From a virus (taxonomy: Duplodnaviria > Caudoviricetes): a stretch of DNA of 64,000 nucleotides. The stretch lies in the IMG/VR virus record IMGVR_UViG_3300027971_004105, one strand, 5' to 3'. A model generated the notes under the pieces. It was given only the letters and a program-made list of their open reading frames with translations. It was not told the origin of the DNA and did not search any database. The first letter of the stretch is position 1. Each line of letters opens with the position of its first letter. Positions 38,193-48,397 of the stretch are shown here, piece by piece. A program made the translations under genes and the position numbers.

Positions 38193-38791
38193 AAGATTAC
38201 AAATGGAATGCGGTTTTTAAACCGTTGATAGAAAAATATAAACCAAAAACATTCTGTGAAATTGGGTGTCATGAGGGATTAACATTAAAGTCTCTAACGC
38301 CACTTACAAAAGAACTTGGATATAAAATTGATTACTTTGGTTATGATGCATTCGAGATGGCCGAAAGACCCACATTTGAATATCCAAAAAATCCTATTAC
38401 AGGGGAAATGGAACACAATGGAAAAGAATCTGCATCGTACGACACTATCAAAGAACGATGCGATAAGTATGTTAAGAATGAATTATTAGAATCTTACAAA
38501 TTAATCAAGGGGTGGACGCACAATACATTACTTGGACCGCTGATATTTGATATGGTTTTTATTGATGGTGGCCACTCATATTCCACAGTGAAATGGGATT
38601 ATGAACAAGTCAAAGACAGCAAAGTTATAATATTTGATGACACCTATCCGGCAAAGTTTCCAGGAGTAGCTAAATTTATAGAAGAATTAAGAACTTCAGG
38701 AATGCCAATAACAGAATTGATTGAAAAAAATAATGACGGAAAGGTTATTATGCAATGTGCAATAATTATTAACAAACAGGAAAATAAATGA
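38189..38791 (+). CDS. Class I SAM-dependent methyltransferase
   Basis: CEIGCHEG, GYDAF, FIDGGHSY, IIFDD; start revised to 38189 (ATGA overlap). Confidence 0.8.
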   Translation: MKDYKWNAVFKPLIEKYKPKTFCEIGCHEGLTLKSLTPLTKELGYKIDYFGYDAFEMAERPTFEYPKNPITGEMEHNGKESASYDTIKERCDKYVKNELLESYKLIKGWTHNTLLGPLIFDMVFIDGGHSYSTVKWDYEQVKDSKVIIFDDTYPAKFPGVAKFIEELRTSGMPITELIEKNNDGKVIMQCAIIINKQENK

Positions 38792-39399
38792 ACTACCCCG
38801 TAATACCCACTGAGTACCAAAAAGATTTATATCAACCTGAATGGTACAAACGTGATTTTTTCTATAGTTCCGATGGAATCCAAGAGTTTCCTGATCATCA
38901 TTGTAAGATAACTTGGCTTACTAGTTTGCCCTTTATTCAAGGAGTACGAAATGCAATAGATATTGGTTGTCGTGATGGTGAATACACTCGATATTTGTTC
39001 AATCATTTTCAACATGTGTATTGCTTTGACCCAAGATTTAGAAAATATTTTCCTTTTAATGTAGATTTAAATAAAGTAACTCATTTTAGAATTCCGTTAG
39101 GCGATAGTCCTAATCCTGAAAGATTAGGAAGAGGCACCAGTAAAAATATGACAGATAAAGTTTTTTATTGTTTAGATGATTTCAATCTACAAAATATAGA
39201 TTATATTAAAATAGATACAGACGGTTATGAAATGGCTAATATTAAAGGTGGTTTAAAAACTATTACACGAGACTGGCCTATAATAGTATTGGAAGTATTT
39301 TTTGAAAGAGAAACCTTAAAATATGTAACTGAAGAGTTAGGTTATAAAATTAAAGCAATATGTCCCCGTGGTTGGGATCATGTTCTAGTAAAAGAATAG
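38788..39399 (+). CDS. FkbM-family methyltransferase
   Basis: AIDIGCRDG, IDYIKIDTDGYE..I.G...TI....P.I.LE. Confidence 0.8.
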   Translation: MNYPVIPTEYQKDLYQPEWYKRDFFYSSDGIQEFPDHHCKITWLTSLPFIQGVRNAIDIGCRDGEYTRYLFNHFQHVYCFDPRFRKYFPFNVDLNKVTHFRIPLGDSPNPERLGRGTSKNMTDKVFYCLDDFNLQNIDYIKIDTDGYEMANIKGGLKTITRDWPIIVLEVFFERETLKYVTEELGYKIKAICPRGWDHVLVKE

Positions 39400-39408
39400 G
39401 AAAAATAA

Positions 39409-40122
39409 ATGAGACAATTAAAAAACAAGTGGATGGTACCAGAAGACGATCAAAAAATGTCTAGGCATTTGGAATCTGACACTAACATGCTGGAACCCAG
39501 TTATGAAGGCAAGTATCGCACACACATTCTAGAACATCTACCCAATCGTAGAACATTTGTGGATGTGGGTGCTAATGTGGGAGTATGGAGTTTACCATTT
39601 GTTAAACAATTCAAAAAAGTTATAGGCTATGAACCTTCCAGACAAAACATAGAATGTCTTAGACACAATGTGGGCGATCTCATGGAGATTAGAACCAAGG
39701 CAGTGGCTAATTTTGAAGGCACAGCTGATTTCCGTCAAGGAGGGAAAAATTGCGGAGATGGCAAATTGTCCAGACTGGGAGCAAGAGCTGACTATACTGT
39801 GCCTGTGGTTAAATTGGACCACGAGAATCTTATGGATGTGGATCTAATTAAGATAGATGTGCAGGGTTGGGAATTGGAAGTTCTGCAAGGAGCAATGGAT
39901 TTAATTAAACAGCAGAGACCTTGGGTGGTTTTTGAGGTCAATCAAGACATTGATGTGTGCTGCACACTGATGGAACAGGTAGGATATGAAACCATAAGAT
40001 TAAAAAGTAAAAGGTTATTTTGCTGGGCACCTATATCTGGTCATAACTCTCCACATGATCGCACCCAGTTTGGAAGACACTTAGGCCCCGGACCGTATGC
40101 TGCTAGGTTCGGAGGTAAGTAA
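39409..40122 (+). CDS. FkbM-family methyltransferase
   Basis: FVDVGANVG, YEP, DLIKIDVQGWELEVL.GA..LI....P.V.FE. Confidence 0.88.
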   Translation: MRQLKNKWMVPEDDQKMSRHLESDTNMLEPSYEGKYRTHILEHLPNRRTFVDVGANVGVWSLPFVKQFKKVIGYEPSRQNIECLRHNVGDLMEIRTKAVANFEGTADFRQGGKNCGDGKLSRLGARADYTVPVVKLDHENLMDVDLIKIDVQGWELEVLQGAMDLIKQQRPWVVFEVNQDIDVCCTLMEQVGYETIRLKSKRLFCWAPISGHNSPHDRTQFGRHLGPGPYAARFGGK

Positions 40123-40878
40123 TTTCCAAGCCTTTCCAGACAACAACTCGTCTCTAGTAAATTGAGAATAAGCCAAATGATTTAGCCAAGCCTGTTTTAA
40201 TTTTTGATCTGCAGGTTTAATATTTTCTATGTCTTCTAATTGATACTTGTATAGACTTTTTGTAGCAGAATGTCCTAGAGATATTACTGGTATGTCATGC
40301 ATGGCTGCTTCAACTAATGCATTGGACGAATATCCTACCACACAAAAAGTATCGTCTTTGATAAAATTTTTAAAATTGTTTGAAACTATTCTATCAGTTC
40401 GAGGTTCTGGACGTTTTCTTACTTTGATAGGACGATCTGTAAAACTTTTTATTTTAAAAACTGTGTTGTTGATCCATTGATCTTCTGACCCCAAACTAAG
40501 TGCATGAGCTATTTTTCTGTCAGGGGGTACAACGACAATTGAAGATCCTTGCTCAAAAGAATACTGATCAAGCCCCAGTTGTTTCCATCTATCTGTCGGT
40601 CTGTCTATGATAGGATCGATATTTTGAAAATTATTAACGCTTAACCTAAAAATTGTTTTCTTTTTCTTGTTGCCAAAATAACCACTATCTAGATTATAAA
40701 ATTTTAAACTGTGCTTTTTGCAAATTTCTAACCATTGAGGTTTAAAAAATCCTGCCCAACACATAGGTAATATAGTATTTGCATACATTTCTTTTTGAGT
40801 GACAAATTTTCCACCACTGCCTTGAGTAAATTCACTGACACCGTAATCTGTGCCCTCTACAGATATAAAATTGATCAT
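40081..40878 (-). CDS. GT-B-like protein (KpsS-like domain) 4
   Basis: NLDSGYFG, VRKRP, CVVGYSSNALVEAAMHDIPV, W...LAYSQFT..E. Confidence 0.5.
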   Translation of the reverse strand: MINFISVEGTDYGVSEFTQGSGGKFVTQKEMYANTILPMCWAGFFKPQWLEICKKHSLKFYNLDSGYFGNKKKKTIFRLSVNNFQNIDPIIDRPTDRWKQLGLDQYSFEQGSSIVVVPPDRKIAHALSLGSEDQWINNTVFKIKSFTDRPIKVRKRPEPRTDRIVSNNFKNFIKDDTFCVVGYSSNALVEAAMHDIPVISLGHSATKSLYKYQLEDIENIKPADQKLKQAWLNHLAYSQFTRDELLSGKAWKLLTSEPSSIRSGA

Positions 40879-41714
40879 TTCCAGTAAGATTCTGTTCTTG
40901 GAACTTTGAGATCTTCAGGCTTGCTGCGACCTAGTGTTTTTCTACCGCCTTTGAGATGATCAAGATAGGCTCCCCAAGCACTGTTGATCAGAGGATGACC
41001 TTCGCCCAATGTTGCACCAGCACGCGGTCTCAAATCATACAGATGTGCTGACCAATCCAGCTGTCTCATCTGTGGAAATTTATTTTTGATCTGCTCAAAC
41101 ACATAGCTGTCATGCCATTCTTCCATGAGGAATATTCCATTTTCGGCCTCATCATACACACGTTGGAATTCTTTCAAAAAGTTTTTGATTATATCAGACT
41201 TTAAATTCATAGCATACAGCCCACATTCTGGATACTTGCCTTTTCTTCCTAGATAGCCAAGATCCATGTTGGGTGTGATCATGGTGGCAATATTTTGCAT
41301 GGAGATGGCGCTGTGACAATACATATCAGCATCCATCCATATTAAAAAATCTGCATCGGCTTCTCTAGCACAGTCAAATATTGCATAGACTTTGTGAGCA
41401 AACCTCACAGCATGCCATTTGAATCCTTTACCAGCATCTCGTCTCTTGCTGCGCACAGGATCCTTGCTCACATCGCCGTTGGCTTTGGGCACATCTTTCC
41501 ATGTGTGTTTAAATTTTACCAAAGCTGGAGAACTTTGATGCAGATCCTTCACAATTATGTTTGGTGCTGATTCTTTCACCACACAATCTTCTGTGTACAC
41601 GTGCAGTTGTACTTCCACGGGCCAATTCTTAATGAATGATTGAATCATTTTGTGACCGTATGTGTCATACCCTGATTGATTGAATGTGGTCACTGCAGAA
41701 TATTTTTGAGACAT
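40875..41714 (-). CDS. GT-A-like nucleotide-diphospho-sugar transferase
   Basis: RFAHKVYA, IWMDAD (DxD), DSYVF, H.KG; paralog of 48398-49180. Confidence 0.6.
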   Translation of the reverse strand: MSQKYSAVTTFNQSGYDTYGHKMIQSFIKNWPVEVQLHVYTEDCVVKESAPNIIVKDLHQSSPALVKFKHTWKDVPKANGDVSKDPVRSKRRDAGKGFKWHAVRFAHKVYAIFDCAREADADFLIWMDADMYCHSAISMQNIATMITPNMDLGYLGRKGKYPECGLYAMNLKSDIIKNFLKEFQRVYDEAENGIFLMEEWHDSYVFEQIKNKFPQMRQLDWSAHLYDLRPRAGATLGEGHPLINSAWGAYLDHLKGGRKTLGRSKPEDLKVPRTESYWK

Positions 41715-41724
41715 GATTTAAATT

Positions 41725-42402
41725 TTAATTTATTTTAAGCATGTTGGCTAGATATTTTTTCCAAACACCGTTGTATTCGCAATCTCGGTATTCTTTGAAC
41801 CAAGGACCACCTTCTGTGTAATGCAACACTTTGGGCTCACCGTCTTTGGGTTCTTTGTACCAACCCACCAACCAATTCCAACTGTGATCCACACTGCCAA
41901 TCTCCTCATCTTTTAACCAACTGAATCTGTGTAGATACTGACCTGTTTCTTTATTAACCAGCTCAGGGGTGACTGCTCTGTTGGCAGGATGAGCACAATT
42001 CCACAGTATCATGGAGCTCCAATTCTTTCTAGGATAGGGCATCTGTTTTTGATTGTCCATCTTGACTCCTGGTGGTGGTGTATAATCATGTTTGACCACC
42101 ATCACTGCATAACGTTCATCTGCTTGGGCAAATAATTCAGCCACATCCGCAGTCCACACAAAGTCACAGTCACAGAACACTGCCCACCCTTTGTAGTTGG
42201 TCATGTAGGGAATGAGAAATCTACTAAAAGTAAATTCGGTAGTGCTGAGTGGATCGATAGGGCGTGTGTACAGTCCTGCCTCACGCAACTCTTTCATTTT
42301 GAGTGGTAGAACTTCGGCGTTGGGTTGGTGCTGTTTGATTGAATGCTCACACACTTGATATGTGATGTCTTCTCTGGTATCATACCCCACAAATATCTTC
42401 AT
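41725..42402 (-). CDS. Glycosyltransferase (GT8-like)
   Basis: STTEFTFSRF, AVFCDCDF (DxD), YPRKNWSS.ILWN, WNWL, LHYT.GGPW. Confidence 0.8.
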   Translation of the reverse strand: MKIFVGYDTREDITYQVCEHSIKQHQPNAEVLPLKMKELREAGLYTRPIDPLSTTEFTFSRFLIPYMTNYKGWAVFCDCDFVWTADVAELFAQADERYAVMVVKHDYTPPPGVKMDNQKQMPYPRKNWSSMILWNCAHPANRAVTPELVNKETGQYLHRFSWLKDEEIGSVDHSWNWLVGWYKEPKDGEPKVLHYTEGGPWFKEYRDCEYNGVWKKYLANMLKIN

Positions 42403-42456
42403 ATGTGTACTTATTGCAATATCTTTTAAGACATTGATATTATGACATGTAAGTTG

Positions 42457-43008
42457 TTATTCCTTATAGGCAACCGTGTCGCTCTTCCATTTTCTTACTG
42501 TGAACCCTAAGTCTAAAAGAACCAAAATTACCTGGTCGGCTTCATTTCTTTTGTTTTCAAAAAATATTGTTGGTTGATGTTTTTTAATTGTTTTAATCCC
42601 TCCAGCGATAACTTGGAGTTCATACTGTTCTGTATCTATTTTAATAAAATCAACATTTTCAAATTTAAAATCATCCAATCTCTTTACTTCAACTTCAAAC
42701 TTTTTTCCGTTAGTCCAATCTTTATTTCTTAATTTAGAGAGAGATCCGTGTTCAGGATTAAGAGTGATATCATTCATAACTAGTAATTTTTTTTCATTAG
42801 TGTCGCCTAATGCACAATTATGACATGTTAACTCTGGAAATTTTAATAGTTCTTTAAAACTATTAGGGTTAGGTTCAAAGCAATAAATCTTTTCAAACTT
42901 TCCAATGTAAGGAAATGAAGTTTCACCGGTGCTTGCACCCACATCTATGTATGTTCTAAAATGCTTTATGTATGGCCAGGCCCACTCTTTTATTTTTTTT
43001 TCGCTCAT
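42457..43008 (-). CDS. FkbM-family methyltransferase
   Basis: YIDVGA..G, CFEPNP, ALGD, VDFIKIDTEQYE..V..G...TI....P.I. Confidence 0.85.
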   Translation of the reverse strand: MSEKKIKEWAWPYIKHFRTYIDVGASTGETSFPYIGKFEKIYCFEPNPNSFKELLKFPELTCHNCALGDTNEKKLLVMNDITLNPEHGSLSKLRNKDWTNGKKFEVEVKRLDDFKFENVDFIKIDTEQYELQVIAGGIKTIKKHQPTIFFENKRNEADQVILVLLDLGFTVRKWKSDTVAYKE

Positions 43009-43748
43009 ATATTACTCTTTAATATTTCTTGAGCAATAGCAGTAAACCATTGTTTTCTTTTGTTGCCTTTGAAATCTAAAAATATTGCAGTCTTGCTATA
43101 TTCTGCTGAACTTTTTTTCACACCAAACACAAATTCTTCTGAGTAGTTAAAAAATTTAAATTTCAACCCTCGAGATTCGTATAATATTGATTGTTTTGGA
43201 AGTAGCCGCGGAGATTGATATTTCTTTTCTAACACTGATTGAATGCTTATCTGGTCCCCAAACCAAGATTTTTCTGACTGGCCCAGATCATAAAACGCAT
43301 CAGTTCTTTCTTGAAAGAAAGATACAATTTTTTCTTTATTTCCAAATTCTGTATTGACTAGCACCACAGTGTTATTCACTTCGCCACCGTTCCATAATAT
43401 ACCGATATCAAAATCTTCTTTAAAGAAATTATCAAGATTTCCAGTTATTAGATGATCAGCACCGCAAAGAATTATTTTTCCTTCTGATTGTTTTATAAAG
43501 TCTAAATTAGACAACACCAGCGATTCCATAATGTTACAAGAATCTAAATCGGTTCTAAAACTCTCGCCGGATTCTAGTTTTATGTTTGTAATCTTATCAG
43601 TAGTAAGAATAAATTTTCCGGTTGGATTAAATTTTTTAAATGTTTTTTCTAAAGAATAAAGAGCAGCCTCGTAGTCGAAATACAAACTTCTAAAGTTTAT
43701 CTTTCGCTGTTCGAGGTCGGTTTTATAAAAGGCAGCTAGAATTGTCAT
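43005..43748 (-). CDS. Putative glycosyltransferase (GT-A-like)
   Basis: ILCGADHL, FDIG, NNTVVLV, WFGDQ, F..FKG.RK pattern; inside the sugar cassette. Confidence 0.5.
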   Translation of the reverse strand: MTILAAFYKTDLEQRKINFRSLYFDYEAALYSLEKTFKKFNPTGKFILTTDKITNIKLESGESFRTDLDSCNIMESLVLSNLDFIKQSEGKIILCGADHLITGNLDNFFKEDFDIGILWNGGEVNNTVVLVNTEFGNKEKIVSFFQERTDAFYDLGQSEKSWFGDQISIQSVLEKKYQSPRLLPKQSILYESRGLKFKFFNYSEEFVFGVKKSSAEYSKTAIFLDFKGNKRKQWFTAIAQEILKSNI

Positions 43749-44763
43749 GAATTATCTCTATAACGGATTTATAATCTACACCTGGATAGATGGGCAGACT
43801 TACTTGTCTGCTAGACACCCAGTCGGTTACTGGTAAAGAATAAGGTGCTCGATATGCTGTTAGTCTATGTACTGGAACCGGATAATGTATTTTTAGATCA
43901 AGTTTAGATTTAACATCTGCAATTAATTTTTCTCTATCATTAACTAAGATAGGATAGATATGATAACTATGGTTTGAATTCTTAGTTTTTACATATGAAA
44001 AATGTTTGTTGTATTCGTTAGCAATTTTTCTTTTTTCTTCTAGAACAGAATTAAAATTCTTTAATTTTATTCTTAAAAATTCAGCTTGTATATTAGCCAT
44101 TCTATAATTATAACCAACGTCGTTATCGTCCCATTGTCTTACCTTACACATGAATTTGTATAAATTTTTATCGTCTGTAACTACACACCCGGCATCACCT
44201 AGTGCTCCAAGTCCTTTGCCTGGGTAGAAACTAAAAGTTCCTAGATTGCCAAATGTTCCAACATGTTTATTGTTTAATGTGGTGCCGTGTGCTTGGCTGC
44301 AATCTTCAATGACTGGAATATTCTTTTCAGCAGCAATATCATTTATTAAATCCATCGGAGCAGCATTGCCGTAGATATGCACTGGCAATATACATTTTGT
44401 TTTTGATGTAATGGCTTTACGCAGACTATCGGGATCCATGGTAAATGTTTCTCGATCAATGTCAACATACACAGGAATCGCTCCACAATATTTAATTGCT
44501 GCTGCAGTAGCTCTAAAAGTATGCGACACAGTGATGACTTCGTCTCCTGGTCCTACCCCCAACGACAACAGTGCTAGATGTATTGCAGATGTTCCGTTCG
44601 ACACTGCCACACAATACTTTGCACCAACATAATTGGCAAATTCTTCTTCAAATTTTTCAGTACCAAACACGTAGTTACCACTCCTGATAACAGATTCTGA
44701 TTTTTGAATTAACTCATCTAATACACTCTTGTGTATTTCTTCAAAACTGTAAAAAGGAATCAT
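43723..44763 (-). CDS. DegT/DnrJ/EryC1/StrS PLP-dependent sugar aminotransferase (WbpE-like)
   Basis: NGTSAIHLAL, PVHIYG, IEDCSQAHG, FSFYPGKGLG (PLP Lys), GDAG, NYRM, SLPIYP. Confidence 0.92.
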   Translation of the reverse strand: MIPFYSFEEIHKSVLDELIQKSESVIRSGNYVFGTEKFEEEFANYVGAKYCVAVSNGTSAIHLALLSLGVGPGDEVITVSHTFRATAAAIKYCGAIPVYVDIDRETFTMDPDSLRKAITSKTKCILPVHIYGNAAPMDLINDIAAEKNIPVIEDCSQAHGTTLNNKHVGTFGNLGTFSFYPGKGLGALGDAGCVVTDDKNLYKFMCKVRQWDDNDVGYNYRMANIQAEFLRIKLKNFNSVLEEKRKIANEYNKHFSYVKTKNSNHSYHIYPILVNDREKLIADVKSKLDLKIHYPVPVHRLTAYRAPYSLPVTDWVSSRQVSLPIYPGVDYKSVIEIIHDNSSCLL

Positions 44764-45665
44764 AATACCCACTCCATAATTTTTTTGGCTGTATAAATGC
44801 TAGTTAACGGTTGTGATCTAGATTCTATGCATTTTAGAAAATGTGTTCTTCCGGTATACAATGCTTCTGCGGTTCCAACTTTTGGAGCCAACATATCACC
44901 TAGTTGATTAGTATTAAAATCCGAATTTATTTCTCCTGTAGAATAAATTTTAATTTTGTCAAGATCAATATCATCGTAGACAACACTGTTCTTGTCGCCA
45001 GTTAAAATAATTTGTCTCTTTTTTACTGGACTGACCCAATTACAATTTATTGTAGTGGTAAATCCGTTGGTAAACTTTAGATTAACGATCACTTGATTTG
45101 CTTTATCATTAATGTGATTGTTTTTAATAATTGTTCTATCTTTCAATTCTAGATCAGGATAAAGATAATTCACAATACTTAAATCATGTATTGCAAGATC
45201 CAGCAGAGCATCAACATCACTTTGAAATAATCCTAGACTAATTCTGGTGCTATCGTAATATATTGGTTTGCCAATATCAATGCTTTTTAATTGTTCTACC
45301 GCAGGATTATAGCAAAATGTATGATCAACAAAAATAATATTTTTTGTTTTTTCAGAGTCTTTAATAAGATTGTTGATTTGATCCAACGTTTCGCAGGCTG
45401 GTTTTTCAATCCAAAGATCTTTTCCTTTTGCTAGAGTCTGTAAAGCAATATCGTAATGTGTGTTGGCTTTGGTTGCAATCACAACTGCCTTAATTTTTGG
45501 GTTTTCCAACGCAGCTTCTAAAGAAGTGTATGTTGTAATTGCAGGATATAAAGATTTTGCAATTTCCAATTTTTTAACATCTGAATCACACACTGCTGTT
45601 AATTCTTTGCTGAAATTCCTGGCTAAATTTTTACCCCAATAACCGTAACCAACTAATAGTATCAT
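44760..45665 (-). CDS. Gfo/Idh/MocA NAD-dependent oxidoreductase (WbpB-like)
   Basis: VGYGYWG, IAT....H, EKP, HTFCYNP, DLAIHDL. Confidence 0.88.
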   Translation of the reverse strand: MILLVGYGYWGKNLARNFSKELTAVCDSDVKKLEIAKSLYPAITTYTSLEAALENPKIKAVVIATKANTHYDIALQTLAKGKDLWIEKPACETLDQINNLIKDSEKTKNIIFVDHTFCYNPAVEQLKSIDIGKPIYYDSTRISLGLFQSDVDALLDLAIHDLSIVNYLYPDLELKDRTIIKNNHINDKANQVIVNLKFTNGFTTTINCNWVSPVKKRQIILTGDKNSVVYDDIDLDKIKIYSTGEINSDFNTNQLGDMLAPKVGTAEALYTGRTHFLKCIESRSQPLTSIYTAKKIMEWVL

Positions 45666-46081
45666 TTTAATTTCCTTGCAGGATTACCTGCATAAGTTCC
45701 AGGTTCTGTAATATCTTTAGTAACAACAGAACCTGCCCCAATAACAACATCGTCACAAATAGACACAGGTAAAATAGATGAATTCGACCCTACATAGACC
45801 TTATTACCTAATTTCGTTGGTAAAAAATCTTTAGATAATTTACTATCAACAAATTTATCATTGGTAAACATAACACCGTGACCGACAAAACAATCAGCGC
45901 CTATTTCTGTATTTGAACATATAAAACTATGACTTTGAATCCTAGATCGTTCACCGATTGTTACATCGTTTTGTATTTCAACAAATGGGCCTACAAATAC
46001 ATCGTTTTGTAAGGTGCATCCATATAAATTTACAGGTTCAATAATCTTAACTCCTGCACCTTTATTAATATTCTTTTCCAT
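45662..46081 (-). CDS. Hexapeptide-repeat N-acetyltransferase (WbpD-like)
   Basis: LbH repeats, GHGVMFTND, IGAGSVVTKD, GNPAR. Confidence 0.9.
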   Translation of the reverse strand: MEKNINKGAGVKIIEPVNLYGCTLQNDVFVGPFVEIQNDVTIGERSRIQSHSFICSNTEIGADCFVGHGVMFTNDKFVDSKLSKDFLPTKLGNKVYVGSNSSILPVSICDDVVIGAGSVVTKDITEPGTYAGNPARKLK

Positions 46082-46095
46082 CTTGTTCCTTTATA

Positions 46096-46746
46096 TTAAA
46101 TTTTTCTCAACGACACATAATTGCTAGGATCGTGACCTTGAAATTTTTCTAATTTAATATTATCAAATTTAAAATTTTCCATATCGTTAATAATAACTGC
46201 TTGTCTATGATAGGCCATTTTGGGCGGTCTATCAGTTTCATAGAGACTGTAGATATTATATCGATCCTTTATTTCCCAAAGGTATCTATTCACTCCGGGT
46301 AAGTCCGAATCATCAAATATAATTATTCTAGAATCCTTTAATTGTTCATGATCCCACTTAACTGTTTCATAGCTGTGTCCACCATCTATGTAAGCCCAAT
46401 CCACTTTTGTTGATTGTAATGTGTCTTTGGTGTAACCTCTCACTAGATCAAAACTAATATTTGGATTTGAAGTTGACAGTTGAGTTAAATTATTAAAACA
46501 TTCGTTAAAATTTCCACCGAGCATACCATTATCCTCTTGAAGATGGAAATTGTCAGTTTCTAAATCGAAAACATCATAGCCTATCAAATGTAGTTTTTTT
46601 ACCTTGGTTATTAAGTTGTCTGCAAAAAAGATCATACTTCTTCCTTTGTGGACACCAGTTTCTAGGTATGTGCCGGTATCAGATTTTATATCTAAAGCTA
46701 GGCAGGCTGATGTTGCAGCACCTAGATAAGCGAACATTTTTCCCAT
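46096..46746 (-). CDS. Class I SAM-dependent methyltransferase (paralog of 38189-38791)
   Basis: LETGVHKG, GYDVFD, YIDGGHSYETVKWD.EQ.KDS..IIFDD shared with the other copy. Confidence 0.8.
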   Translation of the reverse strand: MGKMFAYLGAATSACLALDIKSDTGTYLETGVHKGRSMIFFADNLITKVKKLHLIGYDVFDLETDNFHLQEDNGMLGGNFNECFNNLTQLSTSNPNISFDLVRGYTKDTLQSTKVDWAYIDGGHSYETVKWDHEQLKDSRIIIFDDSDLPGVNRYLWEIKDRYNIYSLYETDRPPKMAYHRQAVIINDMENFKFDNIKLEKFQGHDPSNYVSLRKI

Positions 46747-47541
46747 TTATTCTCTCATTCCATTGAACACTGTTTTTTTAAATTTAGAATTATCCTGATC
46801 AATTGACGATATTAAATTTAGATTTAAATCTAATTTTTCCATTAACCTTGCTAAAGCTCTAGTGTCTTTAGGTAAACACATTCCACCATATCCTCGTAGA
46901 CCATCAGACACATCCAAGTACATGTCTACAGCTTTACCAGTTTTAATATATGAATTCTTTATAGTTGTATAATCACAATTTAATTTTTCGCATATTTCGT
47001 ACATGATATTTGCAAAAGTTACTCTAAGACTGGCATAAACATTATTGTAGTATTTTAGTATCTCTGCTTCTGTTGGTGTTAAGTGTTCAGTATTCTCTGG
47101 AAGATTGCCATGTGCTTTAACTACTTTTCTAAAAACCCAAATATCAAAAGTTCCCACGGCTAATAATTTATGATTGTTTATAAAGTCGTCGGCTGCACAT
47201 CGTTCTCTTAAAAATTCAGGAACAAAACAAATTGCTAGATTTTTATGTTTCTCTATCATGCTCTGTGTGAAGCCGGGCACAGCCGTACTTCTTATAGCAA
47301 TGATTCCTTTGTAACTATTATCATCCAATTCTTGTATAACTGATTCTAAAATATTAGTATCGCACTGTCCGTCAGCCGCACTGGGTGTTGGCACACATAG
47401 AAAATTAATTTCTGTTGATAACACGTCTCGTATTGTCGTATCGAGTTTTATATCATGCACTAGTACTTCATGACCTAGATGTTCGAATCCCTGTTTGTTT
47501 GCAGAACCAACTGCTCCTACTCCTATAATTCCAATTTTCAT
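46747..47541 (-). CDS. UDP-sugar 6-dehydrogenase (Ugd/WbpA family), short form
   Basis: IGVGAVG, CVPTP, RST, PEFLRE, AE..KY..N, GYGGMCLPKD (catalytic Cys); ends before the usual C-terminal domain. Confidence 0.88.
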   Translation of the reverse strand: MKIGIIGVGAVGSANKQGFEHLGHEVLVHDIKLDTTIRDVLSTEINFLCVPTPSAADGQCDTNILESVIQELDDNSYKGIIAIRSTAVPGFTQSMIEKHKNLAICFVPEFLRERCAADDFINNHKLLAVGTFDIWVFRKVVKAHGNLPENTEHLTPTEAEILKYYNNVYASLRVTFANIMYEICEKLNCDYTTIKNSYIKTGKAVDMYLDVSDGLRGYGGMCLPKDTRALARLMEKLDLNLNLISSIDQDNSKFKKTVFNGMRE

Positions 47542-48395
47542 AATAATGAGTCCACTGTAAGTTTCAATCCGTCTTTTAAATTAAACAGATACTCGTAGTT
47601 TGTTAATCTTAACATTTTAGAAGTATCGGGACAACGTCTTTTTGCACTCCCAACAGGTCCTGACATTATTTCAAGTTTGTTGGGATCAACTCCCATAATG
47701 TCCATTATAATTCTTGCAACATCACTTATTTTTACTTCTTCTTGTTTGCCAACATTAACTATTTCGTTGTTAGCATGTTTAACCAAGTGATGAGTGATAT
47801 TAACTGCATCTTGCACATAACAAAATGATCTAGTATCATCGCCTTTGAGATAGTATTCTCCTTTGGCTACACGTTCTACAAACTCTGATATGAAATGGTC
47901 TTTTTGTCCAGGACCGTATATGTTAAAATATCGTATAACCAGCCAAGACAGTCCACTGTTTGCTACTAAGTTTTCGCCAAGAGCTTTTGGTAAGCTGTAA
48001 CTCCATCGAGGATTAGTTATATCTTTAAACATCACAGGAACATTTTCGTCTGTGGGAACAGGATACAATCCGTCGTCTATGGCTCCATTGAAAATTTCAC
48101 ATGTGCTAGTGAATACAAATTTTGTATTAGTTTTGTTGTAACGTTCAATAAGATTAAATGTTGGAATGGTGTTATTAAAAGAAACTTCTGTAGGAATTTC
48201 ATAAAATAATTTAGTTCCGTTGGTTGCTGCCATGTGAATTACCACATCTACATCGGGTAGATTTTTTGTTATTGATTTATCGCAAAGATCCTCACCTAAT
48301 ATTTTATCAACTACGAAAACTTCGTTGTTTTTTTTAATTAGATTATGGTAATGGCTTCCTATAAAGCCTTTGTGACCAGTTAACAATAGTTTCAT
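47538..48395 (-). CDS. NAD-dependent nucleotide-sugar epimerase/dehydratase (extended SDR)
   Basis: TGHKGFIG, HMAA, YSLPK (YxxxK), RYFNIYGP, RSFCYV.D, RRCPD; start revised to MKLLL at 48395. Confidence 0.88.
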   Translation of the reverse strand: MKLLLTGHKGFIGSHYHNLIKKNNEVFVVDKILGEDLCDKSITKNLPDVDVVIHMAATNGTKLFYEIPTEVSFNNTIPTFNLIERYNKTNTKFVFTSTCEIFNGAIDDGLYPVPTDENVPVMFKDITNPRWSYSLPKALGENLVANSGLSWLVIRYFNIYGPGQKDHFISEFVERVAKGEYYLKGDDTRSFCYVQDAVNITHHLVKHANNEIVNVGKQEEVKISDVARIIMDIMGVDPNKLEIMSGPVGSAKRRCPDTSKMLRLTNYEYLFNLKDGLKLTVDSLL

Positions 48396-48397
48396 TG

